A stretch of DNA of 64,000 nt from Candidatus Moraniibacteriota bacterium (GTDB lineage Bacteria > Patescibacteriota > Minisyncoccia > Moranbacterales > UBA2206), in the NCBI GenBank assembly GCA_013334765.1, contig JAAXWW010000001.1, positions 172,589-236,588 on the forward strand, read 5' to 3'. Position numbers and translations under genes: made by a program. The notes beneath the pieces are model-generated. The model had not been told where the DNA came from and did not search any database. It saw only the letters and a list, made by a program, of their open reading frames with translations. This document shows positions 48,493 through 58,131 of the stretch, piece after piece; the first letter of the stretch is position 1, and the number at the start of each line of letters is the position of its first letter.

Positions 48493-48914
48493 AAAATATA
48501 ATTATCCTAGTCAAAAACAAATTGATTCAGAGGCTCTTATTCTGATTCGCAAGTGTATTAGGCGGCTGGATACGTTATATTTGTTCCAATTAAGACAAAA
48601 GAATTATTCGCAATGAAGTTAACCATTGCTGGCAGGAGGTTGATTCTGTACTGGAAGTTTGGATTTACCGTCTGAACTATTCAGGTCCATGTTCTCTTTT
48701 TCTTGAATTTTATTCGGGAACAGCCCGCTTCATATCTGACATCTCAGATGGGAAAAGGAAAAACTATCTTGTTTTGGGTATAAAATATCTTATTGAGGCA
48801 AATGAAAGAGGCTATCCACAAAGTGAATAGCCTCGATTTTGAACCGACCGCCTTCGGCGGAAAGGATCAATGAATAGAAGACGCGAGAGAGACAAAACTT
48901 CGAGTTCTCGAGGT

Positions 48915-49766
48915 TCAATCCTGCGGGAGAAACCCCGAGGCGGAACCGAACCGCTTGCCGGTATTGCTCGACCAGCCGGCACTGAAGTGGAGGCCGCCGT
49001 TCCAATAGAAGACGGGCGCGAACACGAACTCACCATTGCCGTCAGGAGCATATTCGTCGCCTGCACAATCGATGTTCAACTGTTCCCAGGTCTGCTCACG
49101 CTCGGGATGAGTTAAAAGCATGCACCCGTTAATGAACGACCCAAAACCGAACTCGTTGCCGACGAAGACCACTCTGGCTCTCCTGACGCTGCGTCCGCGA
49201 TAGCGAAGTCCGAATTGGGCGGGAATGATGATGATGTCGCCTTCCTGCTGCTGTTCGAACTTGGCGAGCATCTGCACGGTTCTCTCGGTCTGCCGGAGAT
49301 ACTTCTCATCCAACTGACCTTCGCGCCAGTTCTTGAACTTCCTGCTCTCGCCGAGAAGGGCCAGGACTTTCTCCACCGCTTTGCCGTAAGTGTCGGCGAT
49401 TGCCTGCCATTTCGGAGCGGCGATCCATCCTTCGGCTCCTTCAGGAAGTTTGGGAAGATTTTCAGCATACGCCAGCGCCTTCGCACCGTCCAGGTTGAAA
49501 AGATTGGAAAGCATCGCGATCTGATCGGCGAGGGACTTCAAAGCATAGCCGTTCGGATAAGTGTAGCCGGAAGCTACTTCCTCGTCGGCGTAAATACTCT
49601 TGGAAACCTTGCACAGGAATTTCACGATCCCTTTGGCAACACTTCCGTCACTTCTGATGAGCTTCAAATGCTCCATTGTTGCGCCGGCGTCTTCCAGCGC
49701 TTTCAATGTGGCACCAACCGCACCAAAACCCTCGTTCCAAAGACCACTACCGGTAGAGGTTGTCAT
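48915..49766 (-). CDS. hypothetical protein, GC-rich orphan (likely horizontally acquired)
   Basis: 283-aa ORF, start taken at MTTSTGSGLW. Visibly higher GC than its neighbours and on the opposite strand to them. No family recognised. Confidence 0.5.
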   Translation of the reverse strand: MTTSTGSGLWNEGFGAVGATLKALEDAGATMEHLKLIRSDGSVAKGIVKFLCKVSKSIYADEEVASGYTYPNGYALKSLADQIAMLSNLFNLDGAKALAYAENLPKLPEGAEGWIAAPKWQAIADTYGKAVEKVLALLGESRKFKNWREGQLDEKYLRQTERTVQMLAKFEQQQEGDIIIIPAQFGLRYRGRSVRRARVVFVGNEFGFGSFINGCMLLTHPEREQTWEQLNIDCAGDEYAPDGNGEFVFAPVFYWNGGLHFSAGWSSNTGKRFGSASGFLPQD

Positions 49767-50039
49767 GTGACTTTCTCCTTTCATTTTGCCCTTGTCTTTC
49801 GACTTTGAGCGAATTTTTCCCGAACCCCGGGAATAGGACTTGTCTCTCGAATGAGACGAGCACCTTAGAAGCCAAAAATGACGCCCAAAATGCCCATCTC
49901 ATTGCTTTTATGGATTTAAGGTACTGATGCGCAAACTTATCATATTCAAAGCCATTTGTCAATATTCCGTGGTCTTGCCAAAACCCCGGAACGATGCTAA
50001 GGTAAGTTTGTTATCTAAACCCAATTTTTATTCAAAACT

Positions 50040-50240
50040 ATGCCTGTAGCGAGACAAAGACACACCAAGGCCAGACGTGACAGAGCGAGAGCTGAGCTGA
50101 AACTTGTTCCCAAGACATTGGTAGCTTGTTCTAATTGCGGAGAAAAGATCGCTCCTCATGTGACCTGTCCTAAGTGCGGATTCTATGGCGGAAAAGAAGT
50201 GGTGAATACCATGAAACGCCTTGAAAAAAAGAAAAAATAA
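50040..50240 (+). CDS. rpmF: 50S ribosomal protein L32
   Basis: 'MPVARQRHTKARRDRAR…CSNCGEKIAPHVTCPKCG'. Confidence 0.9.
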   Translation: MPVARQRHTKARRDRARAELKLVPKTLVACSNCGEKIAPHVTCPKCGFYGGKEVVNTMKRLEKKKK

Positions 50241-50243
50241 AGT

Positions 50244-50726
50244 ATGGCCAATAGGCACTTATCGCGTTCAATAGCGATGCAGTCTCTCTATGAATGGGAT
50301 TTCCGCGGCAAGAACAACGCTGATATCGAGGAAATCGTCAAGAGAAGCATCAAGGAATTCGGACCGGGGCTCGGTGATGAGTCTTTTGTGCGCGCGCTGG
50401 TTGAAAATACCATCTCCAATCTCGACAAGATCGATCCATTGATTGAGAAATGCGCCCCGGAATGGCCGCTTGAGCAGGTGACGGTGGTCGACAGGAATAT
50501 CCTGCGGCTGGGGATATATGAGCTTCTGTTTGAAAACTATGAGGAAGTTCCTCCGAAAGTGGCTATCAATGAGGCGATCGAGCTTGCCAAATCTTTCGGT
50601 GGGGAATCGTCGGGAAGGTTCGTGAACGGAGTCCTTGGAACGATCTATCGCGAGCTTGGCGAACCGCTCAAGAACGACGATCCGAAGAAAAGGAAGGAAG
50701 AAAGGGAAAAAAAGAAGGAAGTATAA
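50244..50726 (+). CDS. nusB: transcription antitermination factor NusB
   Basis: '[13 protein letters not shown]…[15 protein letters not shown]…[13 protein letters not shown]'. Confidence 0.85.
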   Translation: MANRHLSRSIAMQSLYEWDFRGKNNADIEEIVKRSIKEFGPGLGDESFVRALVENTISNLDKIDPLIEKCAPEWPLEQVTVVDRNILRLGIYELLFENYEEVPPKVAINEAIELAKSFGGESSGRFVNGVLGTIYRELGEPLKNDDPKKRKEEREKKKEV

Positions 50727-50816
50727 TTTTTTTTAAAAAGCGAATCATATAGTTAGGATATTAGAAATAATTCCGGATAACCCGAATTGTTTTTTGTATC
50801 TTGCCTATCTAAACCG

Positions 50817-51509
50817 ATGATAGAAGAACTTGCGAAAAAACTGGGAATCGAATTCAATGATATCGATCTGCTTCAGCAGGCGCTGACGCACAGGTCATAT
50901 CTCAACGAACACAGGAGCTATAAGCTGGACCATAACGAGAGATTGGAATTTCTCGGGGATGCGGTTTTGGAACTGGTCGTGACGGAACATCTCTACAAGA
51001 ATTTTCCTGATCATGCGGAAGGCGAGATGACCAATTGGCGGGCGGCCCTCGTGAACGGCGAAATGCTTGCCAAGATCTCAAAGCGCCTGGGCGCGGAGGA
51101 ATATCTCCTCATGAGCCGCGGAGAGGCCAAGGACACCGGACGGGCCAGACAGTATCTCCTGGCGAATGCTTTCGAGTCCATCGTGGGTGCCATATATCTT
51201 GATCAAGGCGAGAACGGATATGCTGTTGCCAAGGATTTCATCAAGAAAAACGTTATCGTCGAACTTGCGGAAATAATCAAGAATAAGTCGTATCTTGATC
51301 CGAAGAGCCGTTTTCAGGAAGAATCGCAGGAGCGGGTCGGAATCACTCCGTCATATCGTGTCCTTGAGGAAAGCGGACCGGATCATGACAAGAAGTTCGT
51401 GGTCGGGGTCTATCTCGGCGAAGAGCTGTCTGCCAAAGGAGAAGGGCTATCCAAGCAGGAAGCTCAAAGAAGCGCGGCTGAGAACGCCTTGAAAGCGAAA
51501 GGGTGGTAG
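50817..51509 (+). CDS. rnc: ribonuclease III
   Basis: 'ERLEFLGDAVLELVV' catalytic signature plus a C-terminal dsRBD. Start at internal ATG 50817. Confidence 0.9.
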   Translation: MIEELAKKLGIEFNDIDLLQQALTHRSYLNEHRSYKLDHNERLEFLGDAVLELVVTEHLYKNFPDHAEGEMTNWRAALVNGEMLAKISKRLGAEEYLLMSRGEAKDTGRARQYLLANAFESIVGAIYLDQGENGYAVAKDFIKKNVIVELAEIIKNKSYLDPKSRFQEESQERVGITPSYRVLEESGPDHDKKFVVGVYLGEELSAKGEGLSKQEAQRSAAENALKAKGW

Positions 51510-51565
51510 AATTGATTAGTTGTCATATGCAAAAGTGCAAGTCCTTGTCCTAATATGCTTATCTC

Positions 51566-51598
51566 CAGTCCCGTGAAAACGGGACTGTTTTCTTTTGG
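51566..51598 (+). terminator. Rho-independent terminator after rnc
   Basis: CAGTCCCG-TGAAAA-CGGGACTG followed by TTTTCTTTT. Confidence 0.65.
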
Positions 51599-51681
51599 AA
51601 TAATGTAGTAGAATGGATATGTGGAATGATCATTATTGAATATAAAAAGGCTCAACGGGCGTTTTTTCTTTTGCTTGCGCT

Positions 51682-54006
51682 ATGTTTCTAAAAAGACTGG
51701 AAATCAGCGGGTTCAAATCTTTTGCCAACAAGACGGTGTTGGATTTTTCGCTTTTGTCCGAGGAGGGGAAGAACCATGGAGTGACGGCTATCGTCGGACC
51801 GAACGGCAGCGGGAAATCGAATATCGCCGATTCCATGCGCTGGGTGATGGGGGAGCAGTCCATGAAGAACCTTCGCGGCAAGAAATCGGAGGATATCATT
51901 TTTGCCGGTTCGGGAAAAAAATCCCGGCTTGGTTCGGCCAGCGTGACGCTGTATTTCGACAATTCGCAAAAGAAGATACCTCTTGATTTCGATGAGATAA
52001 CGGTTACGAGGAAAATATACCGCTCAGGAGAGAGCGAATACTTGGTCAATGGTTCGCGCGTCAGGCTTCAGGATATCGTCGACATATTGGCGAAAGCCGG
52101 CGTAGGGAAGGAAAGCAATGCTATCGTGAATCAGGGAATGGCTGATGCGGTCCTTAATGCGACTCCGCTCGAGCGGAGGCTCATTATCGAAGAGGCGGCG
52201 GGAGTCAAGCAATATCAGATCAAGAAAGAAAGATCCCTCAAAAAACTTGCCAGCACCCGGGAAAATCTGGTTCGTGTGGCGAGCCTTGTCGAAGAACTTG
52301 GTCCGCATCTTCGCCTTCTCAAGCGTCAGGCGGAAAAAGCGGCCGAGGGCGAAACGGTCGCCAAGAACCTGAAGGAGAAGCAGCTTCGCCTTCTGGGGTA
52401 TCTTTGGCATAATTTTTCCTCGGAAAAGGAACGTCTTGCTGGCGAGAAGAATGATCTCGGCGTCAAGATGATGAATATCCAGCGCGAAGTGGATAAACTC
52501 GTCGATGAGATGAACAGCGAGAACAAGGAAGAGAAGGATAATCAGAAACTCATCGGTCTCGAAAAGGAGCAGCGGGAGCTGCGCGGAAAACTGGGAAATC
52601 TGGAACGGGAACTCATAGTGAGCGAAGGCAAGATCGAGATCGAAAAGGAGAAGGAGAAGAGCCGGGTGATGATCGAGGAAATAAAGATCAAAAGTATCGC
52701 GGTTGATTTCGACTATGTCAAAAAGGGATTGGATGATATCCGGCAGGACCAGGAGAATCTCATCAGGAAGATAAACGAGGCTGAGAAACTGGAAGACCTT
52801 CAGGATATCAAGGAATTCGCCAGGGTCATCCAGCAGAAACTCCATGATCTCAAGGCTGATATGGAGAAAGGCAAGAAGGAAGAAGCTATGCCTGAAAATG
52901 TTGCGGTTGTCCCGGAAGCTCCGAAGGCGAACATGGAGATTATCGACGGCCTCATGAAGCGCATGTCTGTTATCCGCGAGGAAATGAAAAGAACAGAGGA
53001 CAGGATGCGCCAGATAGAGATTGAGATAAGGTCCGAAATCGATATGGACAGGAAGAAACGGCAGCATTTCTTTGAAACTGAAAGAACGCTGCGCGTCCGT
53101 CAGGATGAGCTTGGACGGATAAAAGACAAGCATAACGATTCGAAGGTTTCCCTGGCCAAGATCGAGGTGCGCGAAGAGGATCTCAGGAAGCAGGTTGTGG
53201 AAGAGCTGAAAATGGAAGTCGATGCCCTTCCTCGCGTGGAAGAAAAAATAGACCAGTTCTCGCTTGAGCGCGAAATCGCCAAGCTCAAGTTTCAGATGGA
53301 GCAGATCGGAGGAATCGATCCGCTGGTCATCGAGGAATATACGGAGACAGCCAAACGCTATCAGTTCTTGGAAAACGAATCGAAGGATCTTGATAATGCC
53401 ATCATTTCGCTGCGCGAGATCGTTCGGGAAATGGATCAGAAGATCGCCAAGGAGTTCCATAGCGCCTTCGATGAGATCAACAGGGAATTCACCAAGTATT
53501 TCAGGATAATCTTCGGCGGCGGAAACGCTCACCTCACGAAATTGAAAGTCAGGAGCGGAAGGCTGAAACTCAAAAAGGAAAACGATGAATCCGATGATGA
53601 TCTTTCGCTTGAAGAGGATGAGGCAGAAGAGAATTTCGAAATCGGAATCGATATCTCAGCTTGCCCTCCGGGAAAGAAGATAAACAACCTCTCGATGCTT
53701 TCAGGAGGAGAAAGATCTCTCACATCCCTTGCTCTTCTTTTTGCCATCGTTTCGCATAATCCGCCTCCGTTCTCTGTTCTTGATGAAGTGGAAGCGGCTC
53801 TCGATGAGGCCAATTCAAAGCGTTTCGGACGCATCATCAAGGAACTTTCAGGGCATACCCAGTTTGTCATCATAACTCACAATCGCGAAACCATGAGGCA
53901 GGCCTCTCTTCTTTACGGGGTGACTATGGGTGAAGACGGGATCTCCAAGCTCTTGTCCGTCAGGCTGGATCAGATCGGGCAAGGAGGGAAAATAATCAAG
54001 AGCTAG
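51682..54006 (+). CDS. smc: SMC-family ATPase (short, apparently hinge-less chromosome segregation protein)
   Basis: N-terminal 'LKRLEISGFKSFANKTVLDFS…GPNGSGKSNIADSMRWVMGE' and C-terminal 'LSGGERSLTSLALLFAI…LDEVEAALDEANSKRF…ITHNRETM'. Only 774 aa, and no hinge G-rich motif seen. Confidence 0.75.
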   Translation: MFLKRLEISGFKSFANKTVLDFSLLSEEGKNHGVTAIVGPNGSGKSNIADSMRWVMGEQSMKNLRGKKSEDIIFAGSGKKSRLGSASVTLYFDNSQKKIPLDFDEITVTRKIYRSGESEYLVNGSRVRLQDIVDILAKAGVGKESNAIVNQGMADAVLNATPLERRLIIEEAAGVKQYQIKKERSLKKLASTRENLVRVASLVEELGPHLRLLKRQAEKAAEGETVAKNLKEKQLRLLGYLWHNFSSEKERLAGEKNDLGVKMMNIQREVDKLVDEMNSENKEEKDNQKLIGLEKEQRELRGKLGNLERELIVSEGKIEIEKEKEKSRVMIEEIKIKSIAVDFDYVKKGLDDIRQDQENLIRKINEAEKLEDLQDIKEFARVIQQKLHDLKADMEKGKKEEAMPENVAVVPEAPKANMEIIDGLMKRMSVIREEMKRTEDRMRQIEIEIRSEIDMDRKKRQHFFETERTLRVRQDELGRIKDKHNDSKVSLAKIEVREEDLRKQVVEELKMEVDALPRVEEKIDQFSLEREIAKLKFQMEQIGGIDPLVIEEYTETAKRYQFLENESKDLDNAIISLREIVREMDQKIAKEFHSAFDEINREFTKYFRIIFGGGNAHLTKLKVRSGRLKLKKENDESDDDLSLEEDEAEENFEIGIDISACPPGKKINNLSMLSGGERSLTSLALLFAIVSHNPPPFSVLDEVEAALDEANSKRFGRIIKELSGHTQFVIITHNRETMRQASLLYGVTMGEDGISKLLSVRLDQIGQGGKIIKS

Positions 54007-54031
54007 CGATATAGGATTAAAAATTCAAGCC

Positions 54032-55735
54032 GTGAAAAAGATTCTAAAAGGCGTATTCAAAAAAGAATACATATTCAATAAGGACAATATATTCAGGGCG
54101 CTGATCCTTCTTATCCTGGCGTCGGGAATCTTCATTCGTTTCTGGCGGTTGGATTCCGTTCCGCCAGGAATCCAATATGACGAAGCGTTCAACGGGATAA
54201 ACGCGATTCAGGCGCTTGAGACCGGGCATTTCAAGATGTTCTATCCGGAGAATTTCGGCCGCGAGGGGCTGCATATAAACGTGACAGCCATCTTCATCAA
54301 GATTTTCGGCGTGAGCAGCTTCTCTCTCCGCCTGGCAAGCGCTCTTTGGGGGTCGCTTACGCTTGTCGGTTTTTTTCTGCTGCTTCGCGAAATGAAGCTT
54401 TCGAAAGTGTCGATCCTTCTAGGCACATTCATGATGTCGTTTTCATTCTGGCATCTTGATTTTTCACGGACTGCGTTCCGGGCCATCATGGTTCCGCTCA
54501 TTATCGTGTGGATGTTCTATTTCATATTCAGAGGAATGAACGAAAAAAGGCGGCAGGTTCTTAATTTTCTCGTTGCGGGCGTGCTTTTCGGAGCGGGATT
54601 CTATACCTATATAGCTTTCCGGGTCGTTCCTTTGGTTCTGGTTATTTTCGGACTGGCGTATTTTTTCTTTGAAAAAAGGCAAACCAAAGAAAAAGAATGG
54701 CGGCCGGCAGTTTATTTCTCCGTGGCGGCGCTTTTGGTCGCGATTCCGATCGCTTATTATTTCATTTCGCATAGCGCCGATTTCTGGGACAGGGCGGATG
54801 CTGTTTCGATTTTCAGTTCGCAGAAGATATCGCCCTTCGCGGCATTCTTTAAGAGTCTGGGGTATCACCTGAGAGCTTTCTTCGTCAACGGAGACAATAA
54901 TCCCCGGCATAACTACAACAACCAGCCGCTTGTTCCGGCGGGCTGGATCGCTTTCATGGTGATCGGGTTCGTGATAAGCATCAAAGAGATTTTCGAAACG
55001 ATCAGGCGGAAAAGGATATTCGGCCAAGACGGCGAGGAGTATGCGGTCACCAGTCTTTTCTATGTCTCCGTTCTTGCGCAAAGCATCTTCTGGGTGATGC
55101 TCATCCCCGGAGTGCTGACAATAGAGGGGATCCCTCACTCGCTCAGGATAATCGGAGTCATTCCGAGCGTATTCCTTTTCTCTGTTCTGCCGATGGAATA
55201 TATTCTCAAGATATATAGGAAGATAAAGAAATCGACTGATCCGATACTCGGCAAGCAGGCCCTCAATATGATAGCGACTTTCATTTTCGGACTGATGCTT
55301 GTGGTTGTCGGCAGCGGAATAATGCAGGCATACGTATATTTCGGCATTTGGGCCAACGATCTCCGGACTCAGGACGGGTTCGAAAGGAAACTCTATCTGG
55401 CCGGCGTGCTTGTCCATGATCTTGTCCCAGGCAAGCATAACTATTTCATAACCGCCTATAACACATATATCGCCCAGGACAGGAAGTCCACCAGCTTCAA
55501 AACTACGGAATATGCGGGTTATCCGAACATAAAAAAATACGAATTCTATCATCCGCTGGATGCGCTTTCCAATGTGAATTGCGATGACGCAACGATTGTG
55601 TTTTTTGATTCGGATCAGTGGATCAGGGATCAATATCGGGCGAAATGCAACGGGACGCTCGAGACGAAGAAGTTCAGTTTCGGCAGCAACAGCAAATACA
55701 CCTTCTTCGTCATGCAGAGCAAAACGGGAGAATAG
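54032..55735 (+). CDS. GT39/GT83 (PMT/ArnT-like) membrane glycosyltransferase
   Basis: Polytopic protein with an N-terminal 'RFWRLDSVPPGIQYDEAFNGINA' DE-motif loop typical of ArnT/PMT-fold GT-C enzymes. Confidence 0.65.
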   Translation: MKKILKGVFKKEYIFNKDNIFRALILLILASGIFIRFWRLDSVPPGIQYDEAFNGINAIQALETGHFKMFYPENFGREGLHINVTAIFIKIFGVSSFSLRLASALWGSLTLVGFFLLLREMKLSKVSILLGTFMMSFSFWHLDFSRTAFRAIMVPLIIVWMFYFIFRGMNEKRRQVLNFLVAGVLFGAGFYTYIAFRVVPLVLVIFGLAYFFFEKRQTKEKEWRPAVYFSVAALLVAIPIAYYFISHSADFWDRADAVSIFSSQKISPFAAFFKSLGYHLRAFFVNGDNNPRHNYNNQPLVPAGWIAFMVIGFVISIKEIFETIRRKRIFGQDGEEYAVTSLFYVSVLAQSIFWVMLIPGVLTIEGIPHSLRIIGVIPSVFLFSVLPMEYILKIYRKIKKSTDPILGKQALNMIATFIFGLMLVVVGSGIMQAYVYFGIWANDLRTQDGFERKLYLAGVLVHDLVPGKHNYFITAYNTYIAQDRKSTSFKTTEYAGYPNIKKYEFYHPLDALSNVNCDDATIVFFDSDQWIRDQYRAKCNGTLETKKFSFGSNSKYTFFVMQSKTGE

Positions 55736-55742
55736 GCGCCTG

Positions 55743-55771
55743 TTGACAACTTTTTGCGGCTAGTGTAGACT
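55743..55771 (+). promoter_or_regulatory. sigma70-like promoter upstream of rpsP
   Basis: TTGACA (55743-55748), 17-bp spacer, TAGACT (55766-55771). Confidence 0.4.
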
Positions 55772-55841
55772 TGGTTAGTAACTGATTTTAGGGGAAAGAG
55801 GCGGGATCCTCGCTTCATTTTTTTGCAAGTATCGGAAAAAT

Positions 55842-56201
55842 ATGCTGACCATAAGATTTTCAAGGGTAGGAAAAAAGAATAAGGCTCAATTCAAGATAAC
55901 TCTTCAGGAACGATCGGTTGCTCCGGGAGGGCGTCACGTCGAAATCCTGGGTTCCTATGATCCGCACCTCAAGGCTGCAGTGCTCAAGGAAGACAGGATC
56001 AAATACTGGCTGGAAAAAGGCGCGCACGCTTCCGATTCTGTATATAACCTGCTTGTCTCGAAGAAAGTCATTGAAGGAAGCAAAAGAAAAGTGAAGATGC
56101 CGAAAAAGGCAGAGGAAGTGAAAGTTGAAGAGCCTGCAACGGTTCCTGAGGTCAAGGAGGAAGCTAAGGAAGAAGTGAAAGCTGAAGCTGAGACAAAATA
56201 G
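55842..56201 (+). CDS. rpsP: 30S ribosomal protein S16 with Lys/Glu-rich C-terminal extension
   Basis: 'MLTIRFSRVGKKNKAQFKI…GSYDP'. Confidence 0.9.
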   Translation: MLTIRFSRVGKKNKAQFKITLQERSVAPGGRHVEILGSYDPHLKAAVLKEDRIKYWLEKGAHASDSVYNLLVSKKVIEGSKRKVKMPKKAEEVKVEEPATVPEVKEEAKEEVKAEAETK

Positions 56202-56288
56202 ATTACAATTCCATATATATTGATTCCGCAGACAATAGGCATCCATAAGACCTATCTAGGAATAAGAACGAGATTTTGTTTTTATTTG

Positions 56289-56311
56289 ACTGCGGGAACG
56301 CAGTTTTTTTG
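56289..56311 (+). terminator. Rho-independent terminator after rpsP
   Basis: CTGCG-GGAA-CGCAG followed by TTTTTTT. Confidence 0.6.
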
Positions 56312-56319
56312 TTTCTCTC

Positions 56320-56463
56320 TACGAACTACGAATTTTTACGAATATACGAATATTTTCTCGGGAGGTTAATCTTTCGGCATAGGTCGCTTATTTGACAAAG
56401 ATCGGTATATTCGTAGTTTGTAGAGACTGTTACGTCAGACATTTATCATTAAACTTAATCAAC
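56320..56463 (+). promoter_or_regulatory. rplJ leader (probable L10(L12)4 autoregulatory leader structure)
   Basis: Structured 5'UTR with inverted repeats (CTACGAACTACGAAT … ATTCGTAGTTTGTAG) immediately upstream of rplJ. Confidence 0.4.
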
Positions 56464-56985
56464 ATGCAAACAAGAGCGCAAAAAGAGGCCATAGTGAAGG
56501 ATCTTACCGCGAAATTGAAGAACTCCAAGGCTGTCGTTTTTTCGGATTTCAAAGGTATGACAACCAAAGACATGACGATTCTTCGTCGCGAAATGCGAGC
56601 AGAGGGGCTTGATTTCGGAGTTTTCAAAAAGACCCTTATCGATATCGCTATCAAAGACGCAGGGCTTAGCATGATTGTAAATGATTTGGATGGTCAGATC
56701 GCTGTCGCTGTTTCTGGCGGCGATGAGGTAGCTGCTGCCAAGATTATCAGCAAATTCGGGAAAGCCAATGAAAATCTGAAGATCGTGGCTGGAATTTTGG
56801 GAGAAAAAGTCATTTCAAGGGATGAGGTGATTGCTCTTGCCAAGCTTCCTTCCAAGGAAGAGATGCTTGCTCAGTTTGTAAGAACGATCAATGCTCCGGT
56901 TTCGGGATTCGTCAATGCTTTGGCTGGAAACATCAGGAACCTGGTGCAGGTGCTGAAAGCCGTTTCAGATTCGAAGCAGGGCTAA
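56464..56985 (+). CDS. rplJ: 50S ribosomal protein L10
   Basis: 'MQTRAQKEAIVKDLTAKLKNSKAVVFSDFKGMTTKDMTILRREMR'. Start at internal ATG 56464. Confidence 0.9.
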   Translation: MQTRAQKEAIVKDLTAKLKNSKAVVFSDFKGMTTKDMTILRREMRAEGLDFGVFKKTLIDIAIKDAGLSMIVNDLDGQIAVAVSGGDEVAAAKIISKFGKANENLKIVAGILGEKVISRDEVIALAKLPSKEEMLAQFVRTINAPVSGFVNALAGNIRNLVQVLKAVSDSKQG

Positions 56986-57000
56986 GCTGTATAGTTAGCA

Positions 57001-57107
57001 GTTCCAGAAAAATAATCTTTGTTTTTTGCTAGGAGACCTCTGACATTTCTTATTTTTGGATTAAGGAAGAATCCTTAACCAAAAAACAAAGATTATTTTT
57101 CTGGAAC
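57001..57107. repeat. 28-bp perfect inverted repeat with nested palindrome in the rplJ-rplL spacer
   Basis: GTTCCAGAAAAATAATCTTTGTTTTTTG (57001-57028) and its exact reverse complement (57080-57107). The inner 51 nt contain a second hairpin (TTGGATTAAGGA…TCCTTAACCAA). A further inverted repeat (AGTCAATTAGTTAATTAA…) lies at 57150-57235. Confidence 0.65.
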
Positions 57108-57239
57108 ATCGTATTCGTTTGCTAATAAGTAAATTCATAATAAGAAGTTAGTTAGTCAAGTAGTCAATTAGTTAATTAAGGAAGCACTTCCCATTATAAC
57201 TATTCAACTATTCAACTAATTAACTAATCAATTAAAACT

Positions 57240-57647
57240 ATGGAAGAAGAGAAGAAAGAGGTCACGGTTCCTGAGAAATTCCAGAAGCTGGTTTCTGAAA
57301 TCGAAACTATGAGCGTTTTGGAACTTTCCGAATTAGTAAAGGTTTTGGAAGACAAGTTCGGTGTTTCCGCTGCTGCTCCGATGATGATGGGAGCTGCTCC
57401 TGCCGCTGCCGGAGAAGCCGCCGCTGCTGAAGAGAAGAGCGAATTCGATGTCGAAGTCGCTTCTGCTGGCGCTTCCAAGATCAACGTGATCAAGGCGGTG
57501 AGAGAGATCACCGGACTGGGGCTCAAGGATGCCAAGGATTTGGTTGACGCCGCTCCGAAGGTCATCAAGGAAAAAGTTGCTAAGGCTGAAGCTGAAGGAA
57601 TGAAAAAGAAGCTTGAAGAAGCCGGTGCGACTGTCAATTTGAAATAG
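57240..57647 (+). CDS. rplL: 50S ribosomal protein L7/L12
   Basis: N-terminal dimerisation helix, an Ala/Pro hinge, and C-terminal '[28 protein letters not shown]'. Confidence 0.95.
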   Translation: MEEEKKEVTVPEKFQKLVSEIETMSVLELSELVKVLEDKFGVSAAAPMMMGAAPAAAGEAAAAEEKSEFDVEVASAGASKINVIKAVREITGLGLKDAKDLVDAAPKVIKEKVAKAEAEGMKKKLEEAGATVNLK

Positions 57648-57666
57648 CTTTCAAATCTCGATACGT

Positions 57667-57703
57667 AAAAATCCCATTCTGTTTGGCAGAGCGGGATTTT
57701 TTT
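57667..57703 (+). terminator. Rho-independent terminator after rplL
   Basis: ATCCCATTCTG…CAGAGCGGGAT stem followed by TTTTTTT. Confidence 0.6.
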
Positions 57704-57799
57704 ATGTCTCTTCCTCCTGTGCATAACTCCCCCCTTGCCCTTGCCAATATATATATACATATATATAATTACTGCATAAAATGAAAAACAAAAATAAGG

Positions 57800-58102
57800 A
57801 TGTACTACGAACCGAAAAAGCATACATTCAAGAAGTTTTTTATCCTGATGATTATCGCGGTCACGCTGGCTGTGTTTTTGGTCATCGCCATCCCGCTGTT
57901 CAATAGGTACAAGGATAAAGAAGTTCCTTTTCTGGACAATAATATTTCTCCGGAAAAGAAAGCAGAGATAGAAAAAAATAACGAAGATGCTAGCAGGATG
58001 ACTCAGGTTTTGAAAAATTCAAATTCGAGTGATTCTTCTGCGCAACAGGCTGATGCGCTTACTGCTCAATTGCGAAAGGCCTATGATAATAAAAACCAGT
58101 AG
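57800..58102 (+). CDS. hypothetical membrane-anchored protein
   Basis: 100 aa with a single N-terminal TM helix. No family recognised. Confidence 0.35.
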   Translation: MYYEPKKHTFKKFFILMIIAVTLAVFLVIAIPLFNRYKDKEVPFLDNNISPEKKAEIEKNNEDASRMTQVLKNSNSSDSSAQQADALTAQLRKAYDNKNQ

Positions 58103-58131
58103 TTTAAAATAATCAATAAAAATATAAAAAA

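Noticed and set aside
57735-57760. (AT)n microsatellite ATATATATACATATATATA upstream of the 57800 gene.
   Set aside because: Short, simple low-complexity stretch in an AT-rich promoter region with no further structure. Noted only as a possible slippage-prone site.
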